IMG/VR virus record: IMGVR_UViG_3300009103_000003
Coordinates: 117,200 to 181,199 of that record
Direction: 5' to 3' (one strand)
Length of the DNA stretch: 64,000 bases
Source of the DNA: a virus
A program made the position numbers and the translations under genes. Position 1 is the first letter of the stretch, and the number at the start of each line of letters is the position of its first letter. Positions 8,059 to 17,363 of the stretch are shown one piece after another. Below the pieces are notes generated by a model that saw nothing but the letters and a program-made list of their open reading frames with translations, did not search any database and was not told where the DNA came from.

Positions 8059-8679
8059 CTATCGCTTCTGAGAGGGGTGGTCCTTAAATAAAACCGAATA
8101 TTTTCTTTTTAGGAATCGAATATGTTTTTTGACGCTATTTGAATACCTCGCCGGTCGAGTACATTTCCTACACTGGGAATCGGTACCACACTTGTCGAGG
8201 CATTTATTTTGGACATACTTCCAGCCTTGCCCGCCGTTGTAGCAGGCAAACACTTTGGTACCACGACACTGCCTATAATTTTTCCGAAATAATGAGATTA
8301 AGAGAAGAGACGCTTTCATATTATTCTCTACGACAAGCATGTCCTTCTCACAGTCATTAAATCCGAAAACCTTTTTTAGTCGTTTTCTGTGGATGCGGCA
8401 GTTAACCTGCATCAGCCCATAATCACCGGTGTGGCTAATAGCCCGATCAGTGAGACCGGACTCAACCATCCCAATACCGATAATTTCGTATGCGTCATAC
8501 TCGCCAGGAATAAGCGGGAGAACCCTCTTGATCTGAGAGATATGTCTTTCGCTCAGAGACTTTGGGGGATTCCTTCCGGAACCACTGTACTTGGCCTTTT
8601 TTACTTGGGCCATAGAAATACTTAAACAAGCAGCGCTCATAAAACCGAACGCAAAAAGTGTTAGTAAAGTTCTCCTCAT
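8059..8679 (-). CDS. Lytic transglycosylase (SLT-like) with N-terminal signal or anchor
   Basis: IGMVESG catalytic Glu, DYGLMQVN and YNGG motifs; hydrophobic N-terminus. Confidence 0.8.
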   Translation of the reverse strand: MRRTLLTLFAFGFMSAACLSISMAQVKKAKYSGSGRNPPKSLSERHISQIKRVLPLIPGEYDAYEIIGIGMVESGLTDRAISHTGDYGLMQVNCRIHRKRLKKVFGFNDCEKDMLVVENNMKASLLLISLFRKNYRQCRGTKVFACYNGGQGWKYVQNKCLDKCGTDSQCRKCTRPARYSNSVKKHIRFLKRKYSVLFKDHPSQKR

Positions 8680-8689
8680 TATACTCTCC

Positions 8690-9120
8690 TGGTTACGTTT
8701 CCGTTGCCCCCAGCAGTCCGCACAGACAAGCTATTGCTTCTTGCTGTATCCCAACAAGAAACTTTCCATTCGGTGCGAAGCTACAGGATTCAAGGCCCTG
8801 TTTTGGCGGGCCAGCCTAGTCAAGCATTTCTCAGAAACAATGGTGAAACCAACTTTGGATTTACACTGAAACCTACTTACTCTTAGAGCGGTCTTTTCCC
8901 GACTGTCAGCGTATCTTTCCCACGAATGGGACTGGCTACGCGCAGACAATGAAGCTTCTTTAACATCCGATCATAAGATGAACCTAGGGCCTGACAGGTG
9001 TGCCCCTGTTGTTTGAATTGCCACCTACCTAGGATGGCAGCGTAAAAACAACTTTGGTGACAGTGACCTCGGTTTCCGTGTCATCATGAAAGGAACTAAC
9101 GTAAATTAGCCTTCATCAGT
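8690..9120 (-). ncRNA. Candidate ~430-nt structured noncoding RNA
   Basis: No convincing ORF; GGTATAAT directly upstream (9124-9131); several nested and long-range helices found by eye. Confidence 0.35.
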
Positions 9121-9181
9121 GTTATTATACCTTAGTAATTCTGTAATTTGCACTACATCCGGCGAACGCACACTCCTTGTG

Positions 9182-9619
9182 TTAGGGCCTCGTAAACCTG
9201 AGTCCGCCGATAAGTATGGACTTTTTTATAGACATAGAGGCTTTCTTAGACATAGCAGCCAACGCCTTTCGGTCCCACTCAGGAGTCACCTCGTCTTTTA
9301 CAGGTGAGAGCGGCTCCCTATAGTCAGCTACCATTTCCTCGCCCGGAGCGATATCTTTAGTGGCATAGGCAATAAGTTTTTTGCCGGATTTCCGTAAACC
9401 CACATTGGCCACAGGTGAGTGGTTGAAGTAATCCCCCAGAAGGGTTTGGTGATAGTCCTTATAAACATCACCCGTGGGCTTACCGCTCTTTCTTATTAAG
9501 GCAACGCCGAGGACTTCCCCAGCCTTGTGGCCGCGCACACTGAAGCTCCCGGTCCCATCGATGGGGGACCGCTTGTGCTTTATCCGACCGTTTTCAACAT
9601 GAGATAACATACTGTCCAC
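9182..9619 (-). CDS. SET-domain protein (putative lysine methyltransferase)
   Basis: SPIDGTGSF, YFNHSPVAN and ATKDIAPGEEMVADY SET signature motifs. Confidence 0.85.
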   Translation of the reverse strand: MDSMLSHVENGRIKHKRSPIDGTGSFSVRGHKAGEVLGVALIRKSGKPTGDVYKDYHQTLLGDYFNHSPVANVGLRKSGKKLIAYATKDIAPGEEMVADYREPLSPVKDEVTPEWDRKALAAMSKKASMSIKKSILIGGLRFTRP

Positions 9620-9659
9620 CAGTATAACTGATAATACAAAAAATGGTCCAGCTAAAGAG

Positions 9660-9974
9660 CTAACCTTTCTTGTCAGTCTTCTTACTACGTTTTTCTGTAA
9701 ATATCGAGTTTATCGTTTGGTGGAGCAATAAACCAAAAACTTGGATGGACTTATGTTCCATCTCGGCTTCTGAGAAGAAGTTAATAGCTTCAACTACTTC
9801 GTGCCATAAGGTTTCCCACGCCATGGTGTTGCTTAGGGATGCATCGATGGTGATCGTTAGATCAACCCCATCGAAGATCCCATAAGCATCAAAATCGTCC
9901 AGCAGTCCCTTTTTCCGTAGTACTTTAAGAGTGTGTCCACCAATTGAGATTGCTTTCGGAAGTTGCCTTTTCAC
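9660..9974 (-). CDS. Small phage protein with zincin-like HExxE motif
   Basis: ETLWHEVVEAI motif. Confidence 0.55.
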   Translation of the reverse strand: MKRQLPKAISIGGHTLKVLRKKGLLDDFDAYGIFDGVDLTITIDASLSNTMAWETLWHEVVEAINFFSEAEMEHKSIQVFGLLLHQTINSIFTEKRSKKTDKKG

Positions 9975-9983
9975 GGTGGGCTC

Positions 9984-10211
9984 CTATTCGTCAGAGGCAG
10001 CGTCGCCTTCAGTTGCGTCAGACTTACCTACGTCCCCAGCGGTGCTTCCGGCGTCTGGTTGACTCGCAGCGGAGTCATCATCATCTCCGGAAAGCTTAGC
10101 AATGCTTTCTGGTGTATCGATAACACCGAAGAACATTCCTGCTCCCGCACCGGCCCCGGCAATCAGGCCGAGAAGGGCGGCTACACTCAAAATTTTCAAG
10201 AGCTTTTTCAT
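9984..10211 (-). CDS. Small membrane or secreted protein
   Basis: Hydrophobic Gly/Ala-rich N-terminus, acidic tail, SD. Confidence 0.55.
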   Translation of the reverse strand: MKKLLKILSVAALLGLIAGAGAGAGMFFGVIDTPESIAKLSGDDDDSAASQPDAGSTAGDVGKSDATEGDAASDE

Positions 10212-10231
10212 TTTGTTTCCTCCAGATTAAG

Positions 10232-10501
10232 CTACTCAAGCTGGCGCAAGCCGTTATGGCATTCCGCATATGCGTTGGCCAGAGAGATGAGCTTAACCCC
10301 CCTAGCTTCTTTGTAGTAGCCCGTGTCCAGAGTACACAAATGCTTGTGTACCTGTTCCGCTGCGTAGTACAGCTTTTCTAGGTTGGGAATATCATAAGCT
10401 CTCGGGAATAGTCCAGCTTTATCAAGCACTTGCGCGAACTCTGAAAATTTTTTTAATTCTTCTTTAGATTCTTGTGTATCTTTATTTACTTCATTACTCA
10501 T
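10232..10501 (-). CDS. Hypothetical protein
   Basis: ORF coupled to the upstream gene. Confidence 0.55.
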   Translation of the reverse strand: MSNEVNKDTQESKEELKKFSEFAQVLDKAGLFPRAYDIPNLEKLYYAAEQVHKHLCTLDTGYYKEARGVKLISLANAYAECHNGLRQLE

Positions 10502-11042
10502 TATCGTCCTCCATTTGCTCTAGGTAATCTACTCGCTCTGCACAGAAGTCAAATTCATCCGGCTTACCCTCTTTGCAGTCGTGCATTCCCCCATCTTTCC
10601 AAGTCATCGCCCCAGCGAACCAGCACCCGTATTCAACAAATTCGAGGCAGAACTCTAGGTCTGGGTTGTCCTCCGAAACTTTGTGGAGCCACGCCACTGG
10701 CGGACTCCACGCGCTCATGAAGCTCACGGTCCACGTTTTATCTTCTGGGGTTAGGTCGCAATAACTGAGGTCTTCGTTCGGGATATCCCACTTGGTTCCC
10801 CAGTTATGGACCTTCCAATAGTACCAAGCCTTATCCAGGGTAGGCTCTTTATCAGTCCCAATACTTCTTCGAATTTCGTGCAGAAAGCAGTCTTCGCTTT
10901 CGTTTAATTGCTGAACCTTTGATTCGGGCATTGGGTAGTGCGCTGACAACAGCCCATCACCCTCTTTTATCTTAGAAACAAAAAGGGCCAGCTTGTCGGC
11001 TGGCCCAGATATCTCGATATTATTTTCACACCAGTTTGGCAT
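10494..11042 (-). CDS. YubB/DUF1281-like ferredoxin-like domain protein
   Basis: MPNWCENNIEISG...WKVHNWGTKWD...FMSAWSPP motifs. Confidence 0.75.
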   Translation of the reverse strand: MPNWCENNIEISGPADKLALFVSKIKEGDGLLSAHYPMPESKVQQLNESEDCFLHEIRRSIGTDKEPTLDKAWYYWKVHNWGTKWDIPNEDLSYCDLTPEDKTWTVSFMSAWSPPVAWLHKVSEDNPDLEFCLEFVEYGCWFAGAMTWKDGGMHDCKEGKPDEFDFCAERVDYLEQMEDDNE

Positions 11043-11051
11043 GGATTCTCC

Positions 11052-11285
11052 TTAATCAGTATCTTCGTATCCCCCCCAGACACCCATGGTGCCCGAAGAC
11101 AAATCGAAGACATCAATATGTCTGTTCCTAGCGTTCTCTGGGGCCTGGTTTCTTTCCCTATAGACCTCTTCTATTAGGGACCGGGCCTGCTGCAAGGACA
11201 TGGTGAATGTAGAAATACTTGGGCTTGTATTCCGCACTTCGCGGAGCATACAACCAAGCTCGTCGTTACTTATTTGGTAGGTCAT
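11052..11285 (-). CDS. Hypothetical protein
   Basis: Small ORF in co-oriented array. Confidence 0.45.
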   Translation of the reverse strand: MTYQISNDELGCMLREVRNTSPSISTFTMSLQQARSLIEEVYRERNQAPENARNRHIDVFDLSSGTMGVWGGYEDTD

Positions 11286-11490
11286 TGAAGTCCACGCTCA
11301 TTAGGGTTATTTGATTTTCGATGTCTGTAATAGTGATACCACGATTACTAACAGAAACAGAAATTCTTCTGTTATTAACGACTTTTTCGTTTGGTAACAC
11401 ATCAATACGATTTGTATCGTGCGCCTCCCCACTTTCTCCGAGGTACACTGTTAGTGGCTTGTCCTCGTAAACAGAATTATTGTCTCTCAT
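11266..11490 (-). CDS. Hypothetical protein
   Basis: Small ORF in co-oriented array. Confidence 0.5.
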   Translation of the reverse strand: MRDNNSVYEDKPLTVYLGESGEAHDTNRIDVLPNEKVVNNRRISVSVSNRGITITDIENQITLMSVDFNDLPNK

Positions 11491-11505
11491 CGTCTAACCC
11501 CTAAG

Positions 11506-12120
11506 TTAGTTATGTAAATCTACAGCAACCAGATACTGGTGTTCTGGGCTTTCCTCACAACGGTGCATTGTATCCTGCACTCGCGTTCCGTAAATAACGG
11601 CATCGAAAAAATAGGACTCGAAGCAGTACCTTCCACTCAGAGACTGACCTATCTTTATAAGATAGAAGCCCAACATACCAAACCCCATAGGGCCATCGTC
11701 TTCGGGCAATTTATCCAAGTCTTTGAGTGCGGAGAACTTCTCCCCAAACTCCTTGTTACTTTCGCTGATTCGTTCAGCAGCACCTTTTTTGTCGTGGACT
11801 TCCAGGCCCCACAGATTCCTGACATCCGCCTCGGTGATCGTTCGGCCAAAGACCTTATCAACGTTTTCTGTGAATTCCCTGTTCTGCGATTCGGCCACAC
11901 GAGCAAGGGATTTCCTGAATTGCTCAGGGTCTTCTGAGAACTGTAATACGTTTTTATCGGTTCCGTCTTCATTCAAACCGAACAGCCCCTTCCAGCGCCC
12001 TCCGACTGAGTACCAGTCCCAGACTTGTCCGTCTCCGTAGGGCTCTATGGCTGCTTCCGCCATCTCTACTGCTTCTTCTTTGCTGTCCGCTTCAACAGCT
12101 ATTAAGTGTAATACATGCAT
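11506..12120 (-). CDS. Conserved phage hypothetical protein
   Basis: WDWYSVGGRW motif and VAVDLHN end, typical of a common phage family. Confidence 0.65.
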   Translation of the reverse strand: MHVLHLIAVEADSKEEAVEMAEAAIEPYGDGQVWDWYSVGGRWKGLFGLNEDGTDKNVLQFSEDPEQFRKSLARVAESQNREFTENVDKVFGRTITEADVRNLWGLEVHDKKGAAERISESNKEFGEKFSALKDLDKLPEDDGPMGFGMLGFYLIKIGQSLSGRYCFESYFFDAVIYGTRVQDTMHRCEESPEHQYLVAVDLHN

Positions 12121-12377
12121 TAGTCTTCCTCCTCGTCTTCGAGTATAATAACGTCTACTGGGTTGTGTGTTTCAATCCAGACTTTGGCCCCACAACCCAG
12201 GGGTTTGTCCGGTCGATATATTACTTTGGCCACCTCTCGACCATCTTGGTCAAATAGGATAGCTTCATGTCCGTAAACGTTTTGTTTATAAGTTTTTACG
12301 GTAAGAACAGGATCTCGGAGATCCTTCTTGGCATTCTTTTTAATCACGTGCTGGTTAACGTGTATTATAGTCTTCAT
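12120..12377 (-). CDS. Conserved phage hypothetical protein
   Basis: MKTIIHVNQHVIK...PVLTVKT...KPLGCGAKVWIET. Confidence 0.7.
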   Translation of the reverse strand: MKTIIHVNQHVIKKNAKKDLRDPVLTVKTYKQNVYGHEAILFDQDGREVAKVIYRPDKPLGCGAKVWIETHNPVDVIILEDEEED

Positions 12378-12424
12378 TCCACGCCCCGGCCTTCTGCTGT
12401 AGCATACGCGTGAGAGGTATCACG

Positions 12425-13294
12425 ATGTTTGAGTTACTCAATAAATATCTAATTAGAAAATCGCACGTCAAGCTGGCCGCGTTTGGTGATGACCAATTTA
12501 AGAAGGGTCCAAAGGATTCTGCTGCACACGCTTTAGAGAGATTAATGCAGAGGGGAAACTCCTCTAATCCTTCTGATGTGGCCAAGCAGGTAAAGGATCT
12601 CATCCAAAGATTGGGTGCCCGACCCGAATCCATCCGACTTACGGGTGCAGACGGTAAGATCTATTCCTCAAGCGCAAAAAATGTGAGCAAGCTCCCCAAC
12701 CAGATTGGCCTCAGGTTCCCTGGTCAGGATGGGTATGTCGTCCTGGAGAACAGGCGTGCTGCCGGGTTACCACCAAACTACACATTCAATACCGTTAGGA
12801 CGAAGGAGATGGGCCTTCGGCAAGGCACTGTTGCGATGGGGTGGAACAAGTTTAGAAATATGCTTGTCCCAGAAACCAAGGACACGACCCCAAAACCGAG
12901 GTCAGAGGCCTGGAGGACCGCACAACCCGAAAGAATCCAACGAGACTTTGGGTACAGGGCTCAAGGAAAGAAGGCTAAGCTTACCAAGGCAATGCAGCCC
13001 AAGTTTGAAGAAGCCCTTAAAGCTGTAGCTGAGACCAAGAAAAATTTACCTGCTGAACGGGCAGCGCTGGGGCTTCCAGAACTAGCTGGAGAGCCCCTAA
13101 CGCACAAACCCGGCCCAGTCCCCACAATTGCGGGCATGTCTAAGAATCGGGCACGTAAGTTTACCCGAGCAGCTTTAGCACTCGCCTCCAAAGGGAAGCT
13201 TAAGCTTGGATTTATTAATGCGCTTCGCCAATCACATCTTCAAGACGCTCTGGCTTTCCATTTGGGCCGAACGATATTCTCCACCCGTCAGTGA
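12425..13294 (+). CDS. Basic hypothetical protein with KLA motif
   Basis: Long ORF opposite to its neighbours; K/R/A/G rich; GAGAGG SD. Confidence 0.65.
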   Translation: MFELLNKYLIRKSHVKLAAFGDDQFKKGPKDSAAHALERLMQRGNSSNPSDVAKQVKDLIQRLGARPESIRLTGADGKIYSSSAKNVSKLPNQIGLRFPGQDGYVVLENRRAAGLPPNYTFNTVRTKEMGLRQGTVAMGWNKFRNMLVPETKDTTPKPRSEAWRTAQPERIQRDFGYRAQGKKAKLTKAMQPKFEEALKAVAETKKNLPAERAALGLPELAGEPLTHKPGPVPTIAGMSKNRARKFTRAALALASKGKLKLGFINALRQSHLQDALAFHLGRTIFSTRQ

Positions 13295-13562
13295 GACACG
13301 TGAAGTAGATACCGTCCCAACACATCTCTAAGCGCTCTCCCTTCTTAGGCCCTTCTAGCATTGCGAAGGTCCAAGTTCCTGGGGGAAAGTGTGTAGCAGT
13401 GTCGGTTGACCATGTACCTAGACCGAGCTTTTCGCCATCATTTCCGGCTAGCGGCTCGAATAAAAACGTTTCAAAGCAATACTCTGCTTGCTCCAATACT
13501 AACCAATTATCCTCATCAATTGTTGCTGAGAAGTTGGCTACTAATTTGCCATTTTTTTCCAT
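13215..13562 (-). CDS. Hypothetical protein
   Basis: AAGGAGG SD before MEKNGK; 3' end overlaps the convergent gene. Confidence 0.6.
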   Translation of the reverse strand: MEKNGKLVANFSATIDEDNWLVLEQAEYCFETFLFEPLAGNDGEKLGLGTWSTDTATHFPPGTWTFAMLEGPKKGERLEMCWDGIYFTCLTDGWRISFGPNGKPERLEDVIGEAH

Positions 13563-13583
13563 AAGTAACCTCCTTGTTATGTA

Positions 13584-14093
<510 letters not shown>

Positions 14094-14101
14094 AACAACT
14101 C

Positions 14102-14569
14102 CTATTTGTTCGTGATGTCCTTTCGGATATCCGGATTCGATAAGTCTATAAATTTAATGTCCCCACAAAGAACTTTCGGGGTCCATTGCTTCTCCAGCTT
14201 TTCACTAAAAAAGCAGAGAGTCATACTTCTTCCCCGTTCTTCTAACAGGCGGAAGACGCCCAAAAGGGCTTGGTCGTTTGAGAGGATGGTAATCTCTTTA
14301 TCCTCAGAGAGAGCGGCCATAGCCGAGATCTCTGCTGTAAAGGCGTCTGCCTGGGTTGTTACGTCATACACATGTAGGTTGTAACCCAGGTCCTCTAAAC
14401 GCTTTAAAAATTTACTTTGGTTTACATTCTTTGGATCAGCCTTCGTAAAGGCCTCCACGGTCTCACTGTTTGTCTTTTCTTTTAAGACGGTAAGCAGCTT
14501 TTCGTAATTTATCGTGACGTTTAGATCACGAATTGCGAAGTATAATCTGCTTAAATCAATACAAATCAT
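14102..14569 (-). CDS. NYN/LabA-like (PIN-fold) protein, degenerate active site
   Basis: CIDLSRLY, INYEKLL and ILSNDQALLGVFRLLEERG resemble NYN motifs. Confidence 0.55.
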   Translation of the reverse strand: MICIDLSRLYFAIRDLNVTINYEKLLTVLKEKTNSETVEAFTKADPKNVNQSKFLKRLEDLGYNLHVYDVTTQADAFTAEISAMAALSEDKEITILSNDQALLGVFRLLEERGRSMTLCFFSEKLEKQWTPKVLCGDIKFIDLSNPDIRKDITNK

Positions 14570-14699
14570 TTCTTATCCCCTGGAGTCAGTTAAGTCCCAT
14601 TGTTCTATAATACACACGTAATAAATTTACCCTGAGACCCCAGCCCAACCAGAGGCTGGGCCGGGGACAGGGTTATTTATTAGGGATGATAATACAGGA

Positions 14700-15014
14700 T
14701 CATTTGCTCGGCACCATAGTTGTTGTGGAAAAACCATTTCCTTCCATAGTCACCGAATAACCCACACTGCTTTTTTCAAGCGCCATCACCCTTGAGAAGA
14801 CTTCTTTAACTGATTGAGTTACAAGAATTTCTCTTCCGTTGGACAACAACACCTTGGCCAAATCAGCTTTTTCTTCCCAGCAGCAAACAGGACCTCCCAT
14901 AGAGAAGTCTTCTGCAACCGCCTGATTTGGTTCGGAAATTAGAACAATGTCATCTGCTCGAACCAGGGTGAGGACCCATTCCTCGTCATCGTAGGCCGTG
15001 AGTTCAATGAACAT
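14700..15014 (-). CDS. Hypothetical protein
   Basis: ORF with GGAG SD. Confidence 0.55.
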   Translation of the reverse strand: MFIELTAYDDEEWVLTLVRADDIVLISEPNQAVAEDFSMGGPVCCWEEKADLAKVLLSNGREILVTQSVKEVFSRVMALEKSSVGYSVTMEGNGFSTTTMVPSK

Positions 15015-15213
15015 GTGATGTCTCCTCCATTAATGTAGGTGAGACTATGCTCACTACAATCCTGCTCAGAGCAATACATAACCCTGTGCCTTCCCATATT
15101 ACCAACCATTAGCGGCTTTTCGCAAAGAATACAACGCATCCGATCCTCCTTAGTTTGTGGGGTGTTTCCCATCAAAGTTCTTATACCCAGGAGGCGGGTG
15201 CATATTGCGCTTG

Positions 15214-15624
15214 TTATATGAGCGGCTCCCAACGAGAAATCATTTTGTCGATTGCCTCTTTAGGGACTCCATGAATGGAGCCAAAGTCGTTTTGGCACTC
15301 AATGACGTATAGAGCATATCCATACTTTTTGGCGAGCACAAAATAAGGCTCTGCTTCCCATCTCATAGAGAAGGTGTTGTGCACCGCGAGTGGTGTCCTC
15401 TTGTTTGCCATCGCGCTTTCCAGGTTGTTTCTACACTCCTCGTGTGCCTCCGGAAGAAGCGCTGGGTTGAATATGTAAGCCCCTGACTTCTCAAAGAAAT
15501 CATCTGCTGCAAACATATCCATCTTGCTCTCAACCAGCCTCTTGGCCACAGTGGTCTTTCCACTCCCAGGCAAGCCCCGGATCAGAAAAAGACATCCTTT
15601 ATGTTGTTGGCTGCTTTCTGCCAT
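15214..15624 (-). CDS. P-loop kinase (AAA_33 / polynucleotide kinase-like)
   Basis: RGLPGSGKTT, AADDFF, HNTFSMRWE and SIHGVP motifs. Confidence 0.85.
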   Translation of the reverse strand: MAESSQQHKGCLFLIRGLPGSGKTTVAKRLVESKMDMFAADDFFEKSGAYIFNPALLPEAHEECRNNLESAMANKRTPLAVHNTFSMRWEAEPYFVLAKKYGYALYVIECQNDFGSIHGVPKEAIDKMISRWEPLI

Positions 15625-16004
15625 GTGTTCTCCTCTCTAATATCCAATAATTCCCAGTTGCCATGCCAGTTAGTGAATCTAACCTCGGATATTCTTTTGT
15701 TGGCTATCTTCTTTGCGCATAGGCAACAGGGTTTTGCCATAGTGAATGTTCCATCTTTCAGGAACCTTATTATCTCTAAAGTGTCACCCGGCTCAGAAAA
15801 CCGGAGAACGTTCATTTCGGCGTGCATGGCGTAGGAGGCATGCCCATCCATATATAGCCGCCCACAGTTGGGGTGGGTCTTGCTTGAGTTAACACCAATA
15901 CGTACGACTTTGCCACGCCGCTTAAGGATTGCGGCTATGTGGTATCGTTGCTTATTGGATAGGGCTCGCTTAGCAGCGAGATAGTACACCTTTTGACACA
16001 GCAA
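15582..16004 (-). CDS. Zn-dependent cytidine/dCMP deaminase-fold protein
   Basis: HAEMNVL and KPCCLC motifs. Confidence 0.8.
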   Translation of the reverse strand: MLCQKVYYLAAKRALSNKQRYHIAAILKRRGKVVRIGVNSSKTHPNCGRLYMDGHASYAMHAEMNVLRFSEPGDTLEIIRFLKDGTFTMAKPCCLCAKKIANKRISEVRFTNWHGNWELLDIREENTWQKAANNIKDVFF

Positions 16005-16021
16005 CCTCCTAAGAAAATAGT

Positions 16022-16097
16022 TGGTGGGCCCCCTGGGATTCGAACCCAGGACCTACCGGTTATGAGCCGGGGGCTCTAACCACTGAGCTAGAGGCCC
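16022..16097 (-). tRNA. tRNA with CAT anticodon, Ile2-like (lysidine type) rather than Met
   Basis: 76-nt cloverleaf GGGCCTCTAGCTCAGTGGTTAGAGC...CTCATAA...ACCA; G1-C72 pair; body resembles bacterial tRNA-Ile2. Confidence 0.9.
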
Positions 16098-16107
16098 ATA
16101 CAAGAAT

Positions 16108-16193
16108 TGGTGGGGCTGGAGGGACTCGAACCCTCAATCCCATAGGGCGTCAGATTTTAAGTCTGATGCGTATACCAGTTCCGCCACAACCCC
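16108..16193 (-). tRNA. tRNA-Leu(TAA)
   Basis: 86 nt, long variable arm, tcaga-cttaaaa-tctga anticodon arm, CCA end. Confidence 0.95.
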
Positions 16194-16202
16194 AAAATCG
16201 TA

Positions 16203-16517
16203 CTAGTTAATGTACCGTTTATCTAAGGGAGTTGGAGCCTCTTCTATGATGACCCCCGTATCTTTCAGCACGTCCTTCAAAAAGTTGATGCGCTGCTCAT
16301 GACACCTAAGGCATTCTAGTGCGTCCATAAGAAGGTGTGAGATTAGGGGGTACTCGCTCTGGAATGTCGTGGCTTCCTTAAACAGGTTCAAGACAAACTC
16401 GGAAGTACCGTCTTCCTCATTCTCGTTTTCTATTGTTCTTACAAAGTCCATAAATCCGGGCAAGACTTCTTCTATCAGCTTTCTGATATCCTCTGGTGTT
16501 TTACTATCCTGAGTCAT
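16203..16517 (-). CDS. Hypothetical protein
   Basis: ORF with SD between tRNA genes. Confidence 0.6.
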   Translation of the reverse strand: MTQDSKTPEDIRKLIEEVLPGFMDFVRTIENENEEDGTSEFVLNLFKEATTFQSEYPLISHLLMDALECLRCHEQRINFLKDVLKDTGVIIEEAPTPLDKRYIN

Positions 16518-16536
16518 AAGTGACCCCTCTCCTTGT

Positions 16537-16631
16537 TGGTAGGCCCGGTGGGATTTGAACCCACGACCTTGTGCTTATCAGACACTACACCGGGTATAAG
16601 CCGGTTGCTCTAACCACTGAGCTACGAGCCT
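16537..16631 (-). tRNA. Atypical 95-nt tRNA-Ile with two anticodon-like arms (TAT and GAT)
   Basis: aggctcg/cgggcct acceptor, D arm, accgg-cttatac-ccggt, gt, agtgt-ctgataa-gcaca, aggtc, T arm, ACCA. Confidence 0.85.
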
Positions 16632-16795
16632 AGGTTGGCTACAATAAGGTTATTAGTTTTAAAATTACTGCTAATACAGCAGCAAATAAGAATATTGGCA
16701 CCCGCGATTTCAGGTGCTCTCGCATATCAAATTTTTGTGTCATGGCTAACTGTTCAGACCTCTTATACCCGCACAAGTGTTTATTTTGCGGTGGG

Positions 16796-17008
16796 TTACC
16801 ATGGCACGATTGCGACCGTTCCACCAGCGTACGGGGAGCGTAGCTCAACTGGATCTGAGTTACTAGCGAAAGCATCTTCGAGGTAATCACCCTCAAGACC
16901 AAAAATTCGAGATGTTCCGGGGTCCCTATATATTTCTACCCGCACGGTCTCCCCGGTATCGGGATCGTCTACGTAAACATCTTTCACATATTCTGCTTGT
17001 CTACTCAT
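16796..17008 (-). CDS. Hypothetical protein
   Basis: Small ORF coupled to the upstream gene. Confidence 0.55.
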   Translation of the reverse strand: MSRQAEYVKDVYVDDPDTGETVRVEIYRDPGTSRIFGLEGDYLEDAFASNSDPVELRSPYAGGTVAIVPW

Positions 17009-17363
17009 CGTCCTTCTCTTTAGGCCCTTCTCTTTTTAGCGTTTCATGTTCGTGACGCAGTGCGTCTCTAGCCTCATCTTTCCTTGGTCCATCAAAAATA
17101 ACCTCTAATGCCATAGAGGAGAGCATGTGGAGATAGCAACCACAATTTTCTGTGCAGGGGAAGTTTTCGGTCTCCAGGCTTTTCTTGCAGTTGCTATCAA
17201 ACTCTCCCCGGTATTTGGTGGCCATGTTTATGGAGGACATCGCAATGATAAGGTCATACGCGTCTCCCTCTGAAAGACTGATCTTATCAGGCATGCTCTC
17301 TGTTTCAACCTTCCTTGTTGGGAAGGGTATTATTGTTGCCGTTTTATCTCCGTCATCATCCAT
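17001..17363 (-). CDS. Hypothetical protein
   Basis: 120-aa ORF. Confidence 0.55.
   Translation of the reverse strand: MDDDGDKTATIIPFPTRKVETESMPDKISLSEGDAYDLIIAMSSINMATKYRGEFDSNCKKSLETENFPCTENCGCYLHMLSSMALEVIFDGPRKDEARDALRHEHETLKREGPKEKDDE

Noticed and set aside
8690-9120. tmRNA or group I intron identity for the structured interval
   Set aside because: No tRNA-like ends, tag peptide or P7 consensus recognised; flanking genes are complete, so there is no interrupted host gene.
14939-15232. Small Cys-containing ORF (MRCILCEK...)
   Set aside because: Has an SD but overlaps the next gene by 76 nt; too uncertain to list as a feature.
16570-16605. Intron explanation for the extra 19 nt in tRNA-Ile
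   Set aside because: Far too short for a group I intron, with no bulge-helix-bulge motif; the insert is itself an anticodon-like arm.
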